Part shown: positions 8,278 to 17,837 of the stretch, piece after piece | How positions within the stretch are numbered: position 1 is the stretch's first letter | How the letters are laid out: each line of letters opens with the position of its first letter | Assembly (NCBI GenBank): GCA_965368975.1 | Contig: CBDUPA010000002.1 | Coordinates: 224,001 to 288,000, forward strand | Source of the DNA: an uncultured bacterium | GTDB taxonomy: Bacteria > Acidobacteriota > Thermoanaerobaculia > Multivoradales > JAHZIX01 | Reading direction: 5' to 3' | DNA length: 64,000 nt | Notes under the pieces: model-generated | Databases searched by the model: none | Told to the model about the DNA's origin: nothing | The model's input: the letters and a program-made list of their open reading frames with translations, nothing else | Made by a program: the position numbers and the translations under genes

Positions 8278-11200
8278 TTACTCCAGGCGCACCAGGAGAT
8301 CGTCGGTGTCGACGGAGTCGCCCTCACTCACCAACACTTCCTTGATGACACCATCGGTACCGGCACCGATGCTGGTCAACATCTTCATGGCTTCCAGCGT
8401 CACTAACTTGTCGCCCTTGCTCACCCGCGTGCCAACGCTGGTGGTGATCTCGGTCACCATGCCGGGCATCTGCGCGATGGCGTGCTTGGGATCGGAGGCG
8501 TCCCCCTTCGGACGCGCCTTCTTGGTCACGGCGAGGGAGCGGTCGCGGATCACCGCTTCGCGCGGCATGCCGTTGAGCTCGAAGAACAGCTTGCGCTGGC
8601 CCTCCTCGTTGGGCTCACCGATCGACAGCAACTTGATGAACAGCACCTTGCCGGGATCGATCTCGACCGAGATCTCCTCGCCCGGTTGCATGCCGTAGAA
8701 GAAGGCCGGCGAGGGCAGAACAGCGAGATCGTCGTACTCGGCGCGCGACTTCTGGAAGTCGGCGAAGACCTTGGGATACATGAGGTGACTGTAGAGGTTG
8801 TCCTCGCTGCCGAACTCTGCGAGCTTGGCCTCGAGATCCACCGGCGGTGCGAGCGCCCCCGGACGCTGGGTGGTCGCTTCGCGGTCGACCAGCACCACTC
8901 TCTGCAGCTCGGGAGGCCAACCACCCGGAGGCTGGCCCAGGTCGCCCGCGAGCATGCCGATGACACTCTCGGGAAAGTCGATGGCGCCGGGCGCCAGCCG
9001 GGTCACGTCGGCGGCCTTGATGCCACGACTGACCAGGAACAGCGCCATGTCGCCAACAACCTTGGAACTCGGCGTCACCTTGACGATGTCGCCGAAGAGA
9101 TCGTTCACCTCGCTGTAGCAGCGGGCGACTTCAGGCCAGCGTTCCCCCAAGCCCAGCGCCCGCGCCTGCTCCTTGAGGTTCGTGTACTGCCCGCCCGGCA
9201 TTTCGTGGTCGTAGACCTTGCCGCTCCCTGCACGCGGTGCGCCGTAGAAGGGCTGGTAGAAGCGCAGCACCTCTTCCCAATAGTCGCTGAACTCGTTGAG
9301 CGTTTGCAGGTTGAGGCCGGTGTCGCGCTCGTGCCCTTCGAGAGCCGCAACCACCGAGTTGAGGTTGGGCTGACTGGTGGAACCCGACATGCTGGAGACA
9401 GCGAGGTCGACGATGTCGACACCCGCTTCCGCGGCTTGCAGGATGGACGCCGAGTTGACGCCCGACGAGTCGTGGGTGTGAAAGTGGATCGGGATGCCAA
9501 CCTCGTCCTTGAGCGCCGACACCAGGCGTCGCGCGGCGAACGGCCGGCAGAGGCCGGACATGTCCTTGATCGCCAGGATGTGCGCCCCCATCTTCTCGAG
9601 CTCTTTGGCCATCTCGACGTAGTAGCCGAGCGAGTACTTGTCGCGCTCGGGATCGTCGATGTTGCCGGTATAGCAGAGCGCAGCTTCACAGACGGCGTCG
9701 GTATCTTCGACCACCGACTTCATCGCCACCTCGAGGTTGGGCAGATAGTTCAGGCTGTCGAAGATGCGGAAGATATCCATTCCGGAGGCTGCCGCGTGGC
9801 GCACGAAGCCAGCGACGACGTTGTCCGGATAGCTCGAGTACCCGACCGCGTTGGAGCCGCGGAAGAGCATCTGGAAGCAGATGTTGGGAATCTTGGCGCG
9901 CAGATCACGCAGGCGCTGCCACGGATCTTCGAACAGGAAGCGTAGCGCGCTGTCGAAGGTGGCGCCGCCCCACATCTCGAGGCTGAACAGTTCAGGCGTA
10001 CGCTGCGCGATGGCGTCGGCGATGGCGAGCATGTCGTGACTGCGCATGCGCGTGGCGATCAGACTCTGGTGAGCGTCGCGCAGGGTGGTGTCGGTGACCA
10101 GCAGGCGCTGCTGCCGAGAGATCCACTCGGCGAAGCGAGCTGGGCCGAGTTCCTGCAAGACCTGCCGGCTGCCGGGCGCCGGATCGCGACGCGGCTCGAA
10201 GTGCGGCAGGCGTGCGGACTCGAGCACTTCGGCGGGGCGCCAACTCTTGGCGTGCGCATTGCCGTTGACGGTGATGTCGCTGAGATAGGCCAGCAGCTTG
10301 GTGGCTCGATCGCGACGCGGCTTGTACTCCAGCAGGCTGGGTGTCTCGTCGATCAGCTTCGTGTGGGCCTGGCCGCTGTTGAAGGTCGGATCCTGGATCA
10401 AGTTCTCCAGGAAGGGAATGTTCGTCTTGACACCGCGGATGCGAAACTCCCGCAACGCCCGGTACATGCGCTGGTTGGCACCGCGGAAACTGCTGGCCCA
10501 GGCCGTCACCTTGACCAGCATGGAGTCGTAGAACGGCGTGATCTCGCTGCCGGCGTCGCCGGAGCCGGCATCGAGACGAATGCCGAAGCCGGCCGCCGAG
10601 CGGTAGCTGGTGATGCGGCCGTAGTCGGGCGCGAAGTTCTTTTCCGGATCTTCGGTGGTGATGCGGCACTGGATGGCGAAACCGTTGCGCGGGATCTGCT
10701 CTTGCGCCGGGATCTGGACTTCCTTGCCGTGCAGCTCGAAGCCCTTGGACACCAGGATCTGCGAGCGCACGATGTCGATGCCGGTGATCTGCTCGCTGAC
10801 CGTGTGCTCGACCTGGATACGCGGGTTCATCTCGATGAAGAACCAGTCGCGACGCTCCATGTCGTACAGGAACTCGACGGTGCCGGCGTTGTCGTAGCCG
10901 GCTTCCTTGGCCAGCGCGACGGCGGCGGCGCACAAGTCGCGGATCACCTCGGGTTCGAAGTCGACGCTGGGCGCGATCTCGACGATCTTCTGGTAGCGCC
11001 GCTGCACCGAGCAGTCGCGCTCGTGCAGGTGCACCACGTTGCCGTGGCTGTCACCCAAGATCTGCACTTCGAGGTGCTTGGCGCGCCGGATGTAGCGCTC
11101 GAGGAAGACAGCCGGATTGCCGAAGGAACGCTCGGCCTCCTCCTGGGCGTCGACGAGCATGCGCTCAATATCGGCGGCGTTCTCGACCACCCGCATGCCG

Positions 11201-11742
11201 CGGCCACCACCACCCCAGGCGGCCTTGATGATCAGCGGATAGCCGATCTCACGCGCCGCAGCGAGGGCCTCCGCGATGTCCTCGGTCGGTTCCTCGGTAC
11301 CGGGCAAGGTGGGTACACCCGCCTGCTTGGCGACCGCACGCGCCGCGACCTTGTCGCCCATCTGTACCAGCAACTCGGGGCTGGGACCGACGAAGGTGAT
11401 GCCGGCAGCAGCACAGGCACGGGCGAAGTCGGGGTTTTCCGACAAGAAACCGTAGCCGGGATGAATGTGGGTGACGCCTTTGTCCTTGGCGATCGACAGG
11501 ATGCCTTCGATGTCCAAATAGGCACCGACCGGCCCCTTCTCTTTGCGCAGTGGGTAGGCCTCGTCGGCCTTGAAGCGATGGCGGGAGAAACGGTCCTCTT
11601 CGGCGAAGATGGCGACCGTTTGCATCCCCAGTTCGTTGGCCGCGCGGAAGATGCGAATCGCAATCTCACCGCGATTGACGGCCATCAATTTGCCTTCCGA
11701 GATTTTCGGGTCACGCAGGAGCGGAGATAGGCTTACAGACAT
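8278..11742 (-). CDS. pyc: Pyruvate carboxylase
   Basis: Biotin carboxylase (NRGEIAIR, HPGYGFLSEN, RDCSVQRRYQK), carboxyltransferase (RDAHQS, HEMPGGQYTN), biotin carrier EAMKM; 1154 aa. Confidence 0.97.
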   Translation of the reverse strand: MSVSLSPLLRDPKISEGKLMAVNRGEIAIRIFRAANELGMQTVAIFAEEDRFSRHRFKADEAYPLRKEKGPVGAYLDIEGILSIAKDKGVTHIHPGYGFLSENPDFARACAAAGITFVGPSPELLVQMGDKVAARAVAKQAGVPTLPGTEEPTEDIAEALAAAREIGYPLIIKAAWGGGGRGMRVVENAADIERMLVDAQEEAERSFGNPAVFLERYIRRAKHLEVQILGDSHGNVVHLHERDCSVQRRYQKIVEIAPSVDFEPEVIRDLCAAAVALAKEAGYDNAGTVEFLYDMERRDWFFIEMNPRIQVEHTVSEQITGIDIVRSQILVSKGFELHGKEVQIPAQEQIPRNGFAIQCRITTEDPEKNFAPDYGRITSYRSAAGFGIRLDAGSGDAGSEITPFYDSMLVKVTAWASSFRGANQRMYRALREFRIRGVKTNIPFLENLIQDPTFNSGQAHTKLIDETPSLLEYKPRRDRATKLLAYLSDITVNGNAHAKSWRPAEVLESARLPHFEPRRDPAPGSRQVLQELGPARFAEWISRQQRLLVTDTTLRDAHQSLIATRMRSHDMLAIADAIAQRTPELFSLEMWGGATFDSALRFLFEDPWQRLRDLRAKIPNICFQMLFRGSNAVGYSSYPDNVVAGFVRHAAASGMDIFRIFDSLNYLPNLEVAMKSVVEDTDAVCEAALCYTGNIDDPERDKYSLGYYVEMAKELEKMGAHILAIKDMSGLCRPFAARRLVSALKDEVGIPIHFHTHDSSGVNSASILQAAEAGVDIVDLAVSSMSGSTSQPNLNSVVAALEGHERDTGLNLQTLNEFSDYWEEVLRFYQPFYGAPRAGSGKVYDHEMPGGQYTNLKEQARALGLGERWPEVARCYSEVNDLFGDIVKVTPSSKVVGDMALFLVSRGIKAADVTRLAPGAIDFPESVIGMLAGDLGQPPGGWPPELQRVVLVDREATTQRPGALAPPVDLEAKLAEFGSEDNLYSHLMYPKVFADFQKSRAEYDDLAVLPSPAFFYGMQPGEEISVEIDPGKVLFIKLLSIGEPNEEGQRKLFFELNGMPREAVIRDRSLAVTKKARPKGDASDPKHAIAQMPGMVTEITTSVGTRVSKGDKLVTLEAMKMLTSIGAGTDGVIKEVLVSEGDSVDTDDLLVRLE

Positions 11743-11777
11743 AGTTCCTTGATCTTAGGGCCGTGACGGCGAGCTGT

Positions 11778-12503
11778 CTAATCGAGCCCCTTTGACGACG
11801 CGGCAAGCTCGAAGCGGTAGCCGACGTCGCGGATCGTTCGGATCCGGCTCGGACGCCGCGAGTCTGGTTCGATCTTGGCGCGGAGTGTGGTGACACACCG
11901 GTCGACGCTCCGAGTGTTGACCAGGATGTCGCTGCCCCACACCGAGCGCAGGATCTCGTCACGCGTCAGGGCTTGACCGGAGCGGCGCACGAAGAGTTCG
12001 AGCAGCCGGAACTCTTTGGGCGACAGCGCGACCTCGGCACCGCCGCGGAACAGTCGGTGCGAACGCAGATCCAGCTCGCAATCCCCGAAGCTGAAGGTCT
12101 CGGCGGCTGCCGTCTGGCGACGACGCAGGAAGGCAGCAACGCGGGCCAGCAGTTCGCGGATGCTGAACGGCTTGGTCATGTAGTCGTCGGCGCCCAAATT
12201 GAGACCACGGACGATGTCTTCTTCCTGCCCTTTGGCCGTCAGCATGAGGATCGGCATGTCCAGCTCGGCGGCGCGGATCTGGCGGCAGATCTCGAAGCCG
12301 TTGAGCTTGGGCAGCATAATGTCGAGAACGACCAGATCCGGCTCGGCCACGAGAGCTGCCTCCAGCCCGGACTCGCCGTCCGCCGCCGTCCGCACGGCAT
12401 AGCCGCGTAGCTCGAAGTTGTCTTTCAGACCGCGCAGCAGGGCCGGATCGTCTTCGATGATCAGGATCGACTCACCGGCTCCAGATTGTGGGTCGTTCAG
12501 CAT
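11778..12503 (-). CDS. OmpR/PhoB family response regulator
   Basis: IIEDD, LDIMLP, GADDYMTKPF, winged helix TIRDVGYRF. Confidence 0.95.
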   Translation of the reverse strand: MLNDPQSGAGESILIIEDDPALLRGLKDNFELRGYAVRTAADGESGLEAALVAEPDLVVLDIMLPKLNGFEICRQIRAAELDMPILMLTAKGQEEDIVRGLNLGADDYMTKPFSIRELLARVAAFLRRRQTAAAETFSFGDCELDLRSHRLFRGGAEVALSPKEFRLLELFVRRSGQALTRDEILRSVWGSDILVNTRSVDRCVTTLRAKIEPDSRRPSRIRTIRDVGYRFELAASSKGLD

Positions 12504-14542
12504 TCGGTGTCTCCAAATGTCTGCCCTTCCAGGGCCGCGGGCAGACGAACCGTGAAGGTACTGCCCTCGCCCTGACGGCTCTCGACCTCGACCTCACCCG
12601 CGTGGGCACTGATGATGTAGTGGACGATGCTCAAGCCCAGACCACAGCCGCTGCCGGGACGAGAGAGGCTCTGGTCGACCTGGTAGAAACGGTCGAAGAT
12701 CTTCGAGGTCACCCGACTTGGGATGCCGATGCCGTTGTCTTGCACAGCGAAGCAGACGTGCCCCTCTTCCGCGAAGGCACGTAGGCAGATGTGCCGGTCT
12801 GCCTGGGAGTACTTGAGAGCATTGTCCAGCAGGTTGAGCAGGACCGCGACGAGCGCGTCCTCGTCCCCTCGGACCGCCGGGAGGTTGGGTGCGATCTCGA
12901 CGTCGAAGCGGCAACCCTCGGTGCGGAAGCGGTCGGCCATGGCGGCAGCCGCGGTCTCGGCCACCAAGGCCGCTGGCACCCATTCGCGATCAAAGCTCTG
13001 CCGCCCCTGCTCCATGCGCGAGAAGGTGAGGAAGTTGTCGACCAGGCGGGAGAGTCGCAGATTCTCGCTGGCGATCAGTTCCAGATATTCCTGCACCCGT
13101 TTCTGATCTTCGACGCCCGTCTCGAGCAGGGTGTCGACCAGCAGGCGCGTTGAGGCCAGCGGCGTCTTGAGTTCATGCGAGACGGTCGCCAGCAGGTCGT
13201 TCTTCAACCGCGTCAAGCGCAGCTGCCGTTCCACCGCCCACACCACCAGCAGCAGAAGAAGAACCAAGGTCGCGACTACCAAGGCCCCGATCAGGCGATA
13301 CGCTCGGATCCGCTGCTCTGCAGCCTCGGCAAACAGCAAGGAGTCGCCGGGATGGAGTGCCAGCCGCCAACCAGGCAAAAACGAGCCCGCGGCCTGCACC
13401 ACGAGCAACTCGTCCTCGGTCAGGGTTCCCGGCGGCAGCAGCTCGACGGTCGCATCCGCCGGCAACCGCTGGAGCCCTGCCAAGGATTGGAAGTCTCGAC
13501 GTAGCGACGCTGGACTGAACAGTGCCACGACAGAGCCGCTGTGCGACGCAAGATGCCATATTTCCGGCAGGTTCGTGGCCTCCGGCAGACCGGTGGGCTG
13601 CAAACCTGTTGTCGATGGCGTTGACGGCTTGGCATCCAGGTAGTGGGCCGCCAGCTGCTCGGCCTCCAGCGTGTCGAAGTCCGCGAGCTCTTGCAAACTC
13701 TGTGACACTGGCTCGCGCGATTCCAGCTCAGCCTGGACCAGCTCAGTCAGTTGCTGCATCAAGAACCGTCGCTGCGCCGCGGGCAGGAGGGGTTTTCCGT
13801 AGTTCTGCAAGCGCCCGGCAAGACGTTGCATCACGCGCTCGAAGACAGGATCTCCCGGATTCTGCAAGAGCTGCAGTGCCCGAAGTTGCGCATTCGGTAC
13901 ATGCAAACGCCCTTGGGCATCCGCGGCGGCTTGATACCGCGGTTGATCCAACTGATGGATGAGTACGGCGAGCGCCTCGGCCGTTTGCTCCGCCTTCACC
14001 AGACACCGCGCCTGTGCCTGCAGGGCTCGGGCACCAAGGTCGGCGTCTACCGTGGCACGCGCGATCACCGCGTAGCGCTGCGCTGCGACCGCGTTCTGGC
14101 CTTCGCGTTCCAGGCGCTCAGCCTGCCGCCACGCCGAGGTCGTCGGCGTCGGATCGAAACCGCGTCGGCGTACCATCGTGGGGTACACCGGACGGCCAGC
14201 GGCATCGTAGATCACAACGCTGTCCGCCAGGCCAGCCCGCACCAGCCGCGCGAAGGCTCGAGGAGCCTGCCCCTCGGGATCCCCAGGCTCCAGGCTCGGC
14301 ACGTCCAGCGCCGCTGTGCGCGCCTGCCAGTGCTGCTGCAACTCTCGTTGCAGCCCCTGGAGCTGCGCGTCGTAGACGTCCCGCAGTTTCTGGCGCACCG
14401 CCAGTTGCTCGTTGCGCATCGCCTGGCTCATGAACCAGATGACGCCCACCGTGGGTAGTAGCACCACGGCGAGGAGCAGCAAGAGAACAGGCCACGACCG
14501 GAAGCCGTGACCCATCCTCGTGTTCGAGCGGTCGAACAGCAT
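12497..14542 (-). CDS. Sensor histidine kinase with large periplasmic domain
   Basis: Two TM helices, VSHELKTPL, NLLDNALKYS, DNGIGI, GCGLGL. Confidence 0.93.
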   Translation of the reverse strand: MLFDRSNTRMGHGFRSWPVLLLLLAVVLLPTVGVIWFMSQAMRNEQLAVRQKLRDVYDAQLQGLQRELQQHWQARTAALDVPSLEPGDPEGQAPRAFARLVRAGLADSVVIYDAAGRPVYPTMVRRRGFDPTPTTSAWRQAERLEREGQNAVAAQRYAVIARATVDADLGARALQAQARCLVKAEQTAEALAVLIHQLDQPRYQAAADAQGRLHVPNAQLRALQLLQNPGDPVFERVMQRLAGRLQNYGKPLLPAAQRRFLMQQLTELVQAELESREPVSQSLQELADFDTLEAEQLAAHYLDAKPSTPSTTGLQPTGLPEATNLPEIWHLASHSGSVVALFSPASLRRDFQSLAGLQRLPADATVELLPPGTLTEDELLVVQAAGSFLPGWRLALHPGDSLLFAEAAEQRIRAYRLIGALVVATLVLLLLLVVWAVERQLRLTRLKNDLLATVSHELKTPLASTRLLVDTLLETGVEDQKRVQEYLELIASENLRLSRLVDNFLTFSRMEQGRQSFDREWVPAALVAETAAAAMADRFRTEGCRFDVEIAPNLPAVRGDEDALVAVLLNLLDNALKYSQADRHICLRAFAEEGHVCFAVQDNGIGIPSRVTSKIFDRFYQVDQSLSRPGSGCGLGLSIVHYIISAHAGEVEVESRQGEGSTFTVRLPAALEGQTFGDTEC

Positions 14543-14551
14543 GGCCGAGAT

Positions 14552-16039
14552 CTATTCCGCTCGCAGGCTCGCGGCCACGGACTCGAAGTCGGGCCGTAGG
14601 GCTTCGAATTGATCCGCAGGCGCTCGGAAGATGAACTCGAAGCGCTTGTCGTCGGTGAGGGTGTAGATGCGGTACTGCACCCAAGGCTTGCCATCACGCT
14701 TGTAGTCACCGACAAAGCTAATCGCGGGCCGGCTGTCGATCGTGCCCGAAGACCAGCTCCCTGGGCGCATCTCGTAGCCATCGAAACGTTCGCGCGCACC
14801 CTGCAGTTCGCGCTCGGCTGTACCGGTGAGGGTCGGGCAGCCGCTCGGACAGCGGTCGATCTCGACGGCACTGATCGCCGTGGAGTCCGGATCCAGGAAG
14901 CGAACCATGCCCCTGGTGTCACGCCCCGTCTCCTGCTCCTGGGCCAGCCAGCCGGCCGGTAGCTGCCCCGAGAAGTCGAAGGCATCGAGACCAAACGGTA
15001 CCGGTGCACCCGGCTCGAAGTGACTTATCTGGATCAGTTCCATGGCAACACCACCGGCCTCTTGCTTCACCAGGTAGCGCTCAGGACCGGTCGAGATCCA
15101 GATCTTCTGGATCGTCTGGTCGACGTCGAGGCGCAGGACGAAGCACTGGAACTCGCCGGCCGGCACCTGGCAACTCTCCACACCGGTCACTTCGAGAGCC
15201 ACCTCGGCGACGTGCCCGACCCAGGTCGGCAGGAAGTGGAGCTTCGCCTCGAAGCCCACTTCGAGCGGCAGCAGGCGCAGCAAGTGCATGCTCTGCTCGT
15301 TGTCGTAGACATCCTGGGAGTTGGACAGGCGAACCTCGCGCTCACCAGCGGTCACGAGAACTTCGTCCGGCCCGTAGACCGCGTCGGCCTTGCCCAGGAT
15401 ACCGTGACGGAACAGGCTACGGATCGGCCGCTGCGTGTCGCGCTCCACCCAGACGCGGCTCGTTCCGTGATTGTTGGAAACATTGAAGACCAGCTTGCGC
15501 AGCTCCAACTGCCAGGCGGCCACGCCGTCGACCATCGTGGTCTTCGCCAGCTGATAGACGAAACCGAGCATCCGGCCGGTCGGCAAGCTGATCCGGTACT
15601 GAAGTAGCTCTCCGTCCTGCCACGGTACCGCGGTCCACTCGGGTCCCGGCTGCAGGGTCGCCAGCTGCTCTCTGGCCAGAGCGACCAGCTCGTCTTGTTC
15701 TGGGAAGGCTTGGAGCAGTTCCTCGAAGGTCTCTCGTGCCGCGGCTGCGTCGCCCTGCTTCAGCTGGCACCCGGCCAGGCGGAACTGGGCTTCTGCCACA
15801 TGCGCACGGTTGGCTTCGGCCTGCTCGACGATCCTCGCATAGATCTCGATCGCGGCCGCCAAGTCGCCAACCGTCTGTTCGGTGTAGATGCCCTTCTCCA
15901 GCAAGTCAGCCGTCGATTGGGCCCTTGCGGGAGCCGTGATGCCCAGCAGGGCGATCAGGATCAGGACCAGAAGCGAGCCCACGGCAGTCACGGCTGCGAT
16001 GGGAGCAGGTGCGAATTTCGGTGTGGTGTTGGTACTCAT
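14552..16039 (-). CDS. Secreted protein with N-terminal TPR-like helices and DUF3108-like domain
   Basis: Signal peptide (PARA-Q), LLEKGIYTEQTVGDLAAAIEIY TPR-like segment, VPAGEFQC and IWIST motifs; first gene of the HK-RR operon. Confidence 0.7.
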   Translation of the reverse strand: MSTNTTPKFAPAPIAAVTAVGSLLVLILIALLGITAPARAQSTADLLEKGIYTEQTVGDLAAAIEIYARIVEQAEANRAHVAEAQFRLAGCQLKQGDAAAARETFEELLQAFPEQDELVALAREQLATLQPGPEWTAVPWQDGELLQYRISLPTGRMLGFVYQLAKTTMVDGVAAWQLELRKLVFNVSNNHGTSRVWVERDTQRPIRSLFRHGILGKADAVYGPDEVLVTAGEREVRLSNSQDVYDNEQSMHLLRLLPLEVGFEAKLHFLPTWVGHVAEVALEVTGVESCQVPAGEFQCFVLRLDVDQTIQKIWISTGPERYLVKQEAGGVAMELIQISHFEPGAPVPFGLDAFDFSGQLPAGWLAQEQETGRDTRGMVRFLDPDSTAISAVEIDRCPSGCPTLTGTAERELQGARERFDGYEMRPGSWSSGTIDSRPAISFVGDYKRDGKPWVQYRIYTLTDDKRFEFIFRAPADQFEALRPDFESVAASLRAE

Positions 16040-16091
16040 GTCGGTGATCTCCTTCGTTGTCGTTACCGATGAAGGAGACGATAAGGAGCGC

Positions 16092-16130
16092 TTGTTACCT
16101 CTGTATTACCGGTTCTTCCTGTTCTTGTCC
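16092..16130 (-). promoter_or_regulatory. Candidate OmpR-type direct-repeat operator
   Basis: Minus strand GACAAGAACA-GGAAGAACCG-GTAATACAGAG-GTAACAAG, roughly 10-11 nt period, upstream of the TPR-HK-RR operon. Confidence 0.35.
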
Positions 16131-16234
16131 AAGAGCACTCTACTCGCGCCGCAACACGACACAGCTGGTAAGCATAGAATGGTGTCCATCCTAGCTGAAC
16201 AGCCCGTCCAACTTTCCTCGGAAGGAGGAATCCG

Positions 16235-16681
16235 ATGATCCGAACGGTTGTGCATTCCGCACCCATCCGGCCCGAGGCCGATACAGATCCCGACGTCCAG
16301 ACCAAGGACAACTACTCCGACAAGCTCGTCAAGTACATCCCGGCAGAAGTGATCGCGTTCTACCTACCGATGTACACCTATGTGCTGTCGAGCGTCACGG
16401 AGAACGGCGAGATCACCAGCAAGACGCCGTTGTTCGTCGTCCTGGTGATCAGCTTGCTCGGTCTCGTCGGCTACATGTACGTACGCCGCAGTTCGACGAC
16501 GAACTGGTACTTCTACGCCCTCTCCGCCGTGGCGTTCCTGGCGTGGGCAATCGGCACCAGCCCGGTGGGCCAGAACCTCTTCGACCTCCCCGAGCTGTAC
16601 AACAAGGTGATTCTGATGACCGGAATCTTCCTGGTGCCCATGTTCGACGAACTGCTCAGCTCAGGCGCGGACGGAGCCTAG
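16235..16681 (+). CDS. Hypothetical 4-TM membrane protein
   Basis: AGGAGG RBS; DNYSDKLVKYIPAEVIAFY followed by hydrophobic helices. Confidence 0.75.
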   Translation: MIRTVVHSAPIRPEADTDPDVQTKDNYSDKLVKYIPAEVIAFYLPMYTYVLSSVTENGEITSKTPLFVVLVISLLGLVGYMYVRRSSTTNWYFYALSAVAFLAWAIGTSPVGQNLFDLPELYNKVILMTGIFLVPMFDELLSSGADGA

Positions 16682-16685
16682 TCTC

Positions 16686-17780
16686 ATGCAAACTTCGAAT
16701 CGAGAGTTTGGGCGTCGAGCCTGCTTGACCTCTTCGCTGACTCTGACCACCTTGCTGACCCTGGCCCCGATGGCCCCATTGGCCGCCAATGAAGGCTTCC
16801 ATCCTGGTCCCGTGGTCGGCGACGCTATCCCGACGTTGGAAGCAATGGATCAGGACGGCAAGGCACGCGCTTTCCAGAACCTGACTGGGCCGAACGGACT
16901 TCTCCTGCTGGTGCACCGTTCTGCAGATTGGTGACCACACTGCAAGGGCCAGCTAGTTGAGCTGGCGAGCAAGCAGAAGGATTTCGAGAAGCGCGGTATT
17001 CATGTGGCCGCACTGAGCTACGACTCGGTGGAGGTGCTCCAAGCTTTCGATTCCCGGGTCGACATCGACTATCCGTTGTTGGCGGACCCGGACTTGACGG
17101 TTCTCGGTGCCTGGGGGTTGATCAACGCCGAGGTGCCAGAGGACAGCCCGTACTATGGCTTCGCCTACCCCGGCTACTACCTGATCAGTGCCGATGGCAC
17201 GGTGCAGTCGCGGTATTTCAGAGAAGAGAACAACGACCGCGTCACTTCGGCCAGTATCCTGATCCGTGAGTTCGACGCTGCGGGCGACAGCACGCAAGGC
17301 GAAGCGGAGACGCCCCACTTGACGGCGCGCTGGTCGGCGAGCAACGGGGCGCTGCGCACAGGGCAGCGACTGGCGCTGGTGCTCGATGTCGAGCTGCCGG
17401 AAGGCATGCACGTCTACGCACCGGAGGTCGAAGGGTACATCCCGATCGCGTGGAACATGACACCCGCGCAGGGCGTCGAGATCGAGATGGCCAGCTACCC
17501 GACGGCCAGGCAGAAGCATCTACCGGCCATCCAAGAGACGGTCCCGATCTACGAAGGCGAGCTACGAGTCCTGCGTTCGGTCCGCATTCCGAATGGGCGT
17601 GAACTGGACACGGCGATTGCCGAAGCTGGAGAGTTGGTCCTCGAAGGCGAGTTCCACTACCAGGCGTGTGATGCGGACAGGTGCTATCTGCCGCAGGCTA
17701 TCCCGCTACGCTGGACGCTGCGACTGGAAGATCACGACCGTGTGCGGGCACCGGAGGAACTGCAGCGCAGCGGAAACTGA
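16686..17780 (+). CDS. Selenocysteine-containing AhpC/TSA (peroxiredoxin-like) protein with C-terminal DsbD-N-like domain
   Basis: ORFs 16686-16934 and 17004-17780 are in the same frame. Read-through of TGA 16932-16934 gives HRSADW-U-PHCKGQLVEL (UxxC). C-terminal YQACDADRCYLP. Confidence 0.85.
16935..16971 (+). promoter_or_regulatory. Bacterial SECIS-like stem-loop
   Basis: GCCAGCT-AGTTG-AGCTGGC (16948-16966). The apical loop begins 20 nt after the UGA and has GU at loop positions 2-3; lower stem TGC/GCA. Confidence 0.7.
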
Positions 17781-17837
17781 CGAGACACCACATGCACACC
17801 TTCGACGACGACTGGTTGGTAGCACGCGCCGTAGAGG

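Noticed and set aside
7481-11730. Long plus-strand ORFs (405, 487, 564 aa) opposite pyc and the AraC gene
   Set aside because: Antisense shadow ORFs produced by strong GC3 codon bias; no motifs, and fully overlapping well-supported genes.
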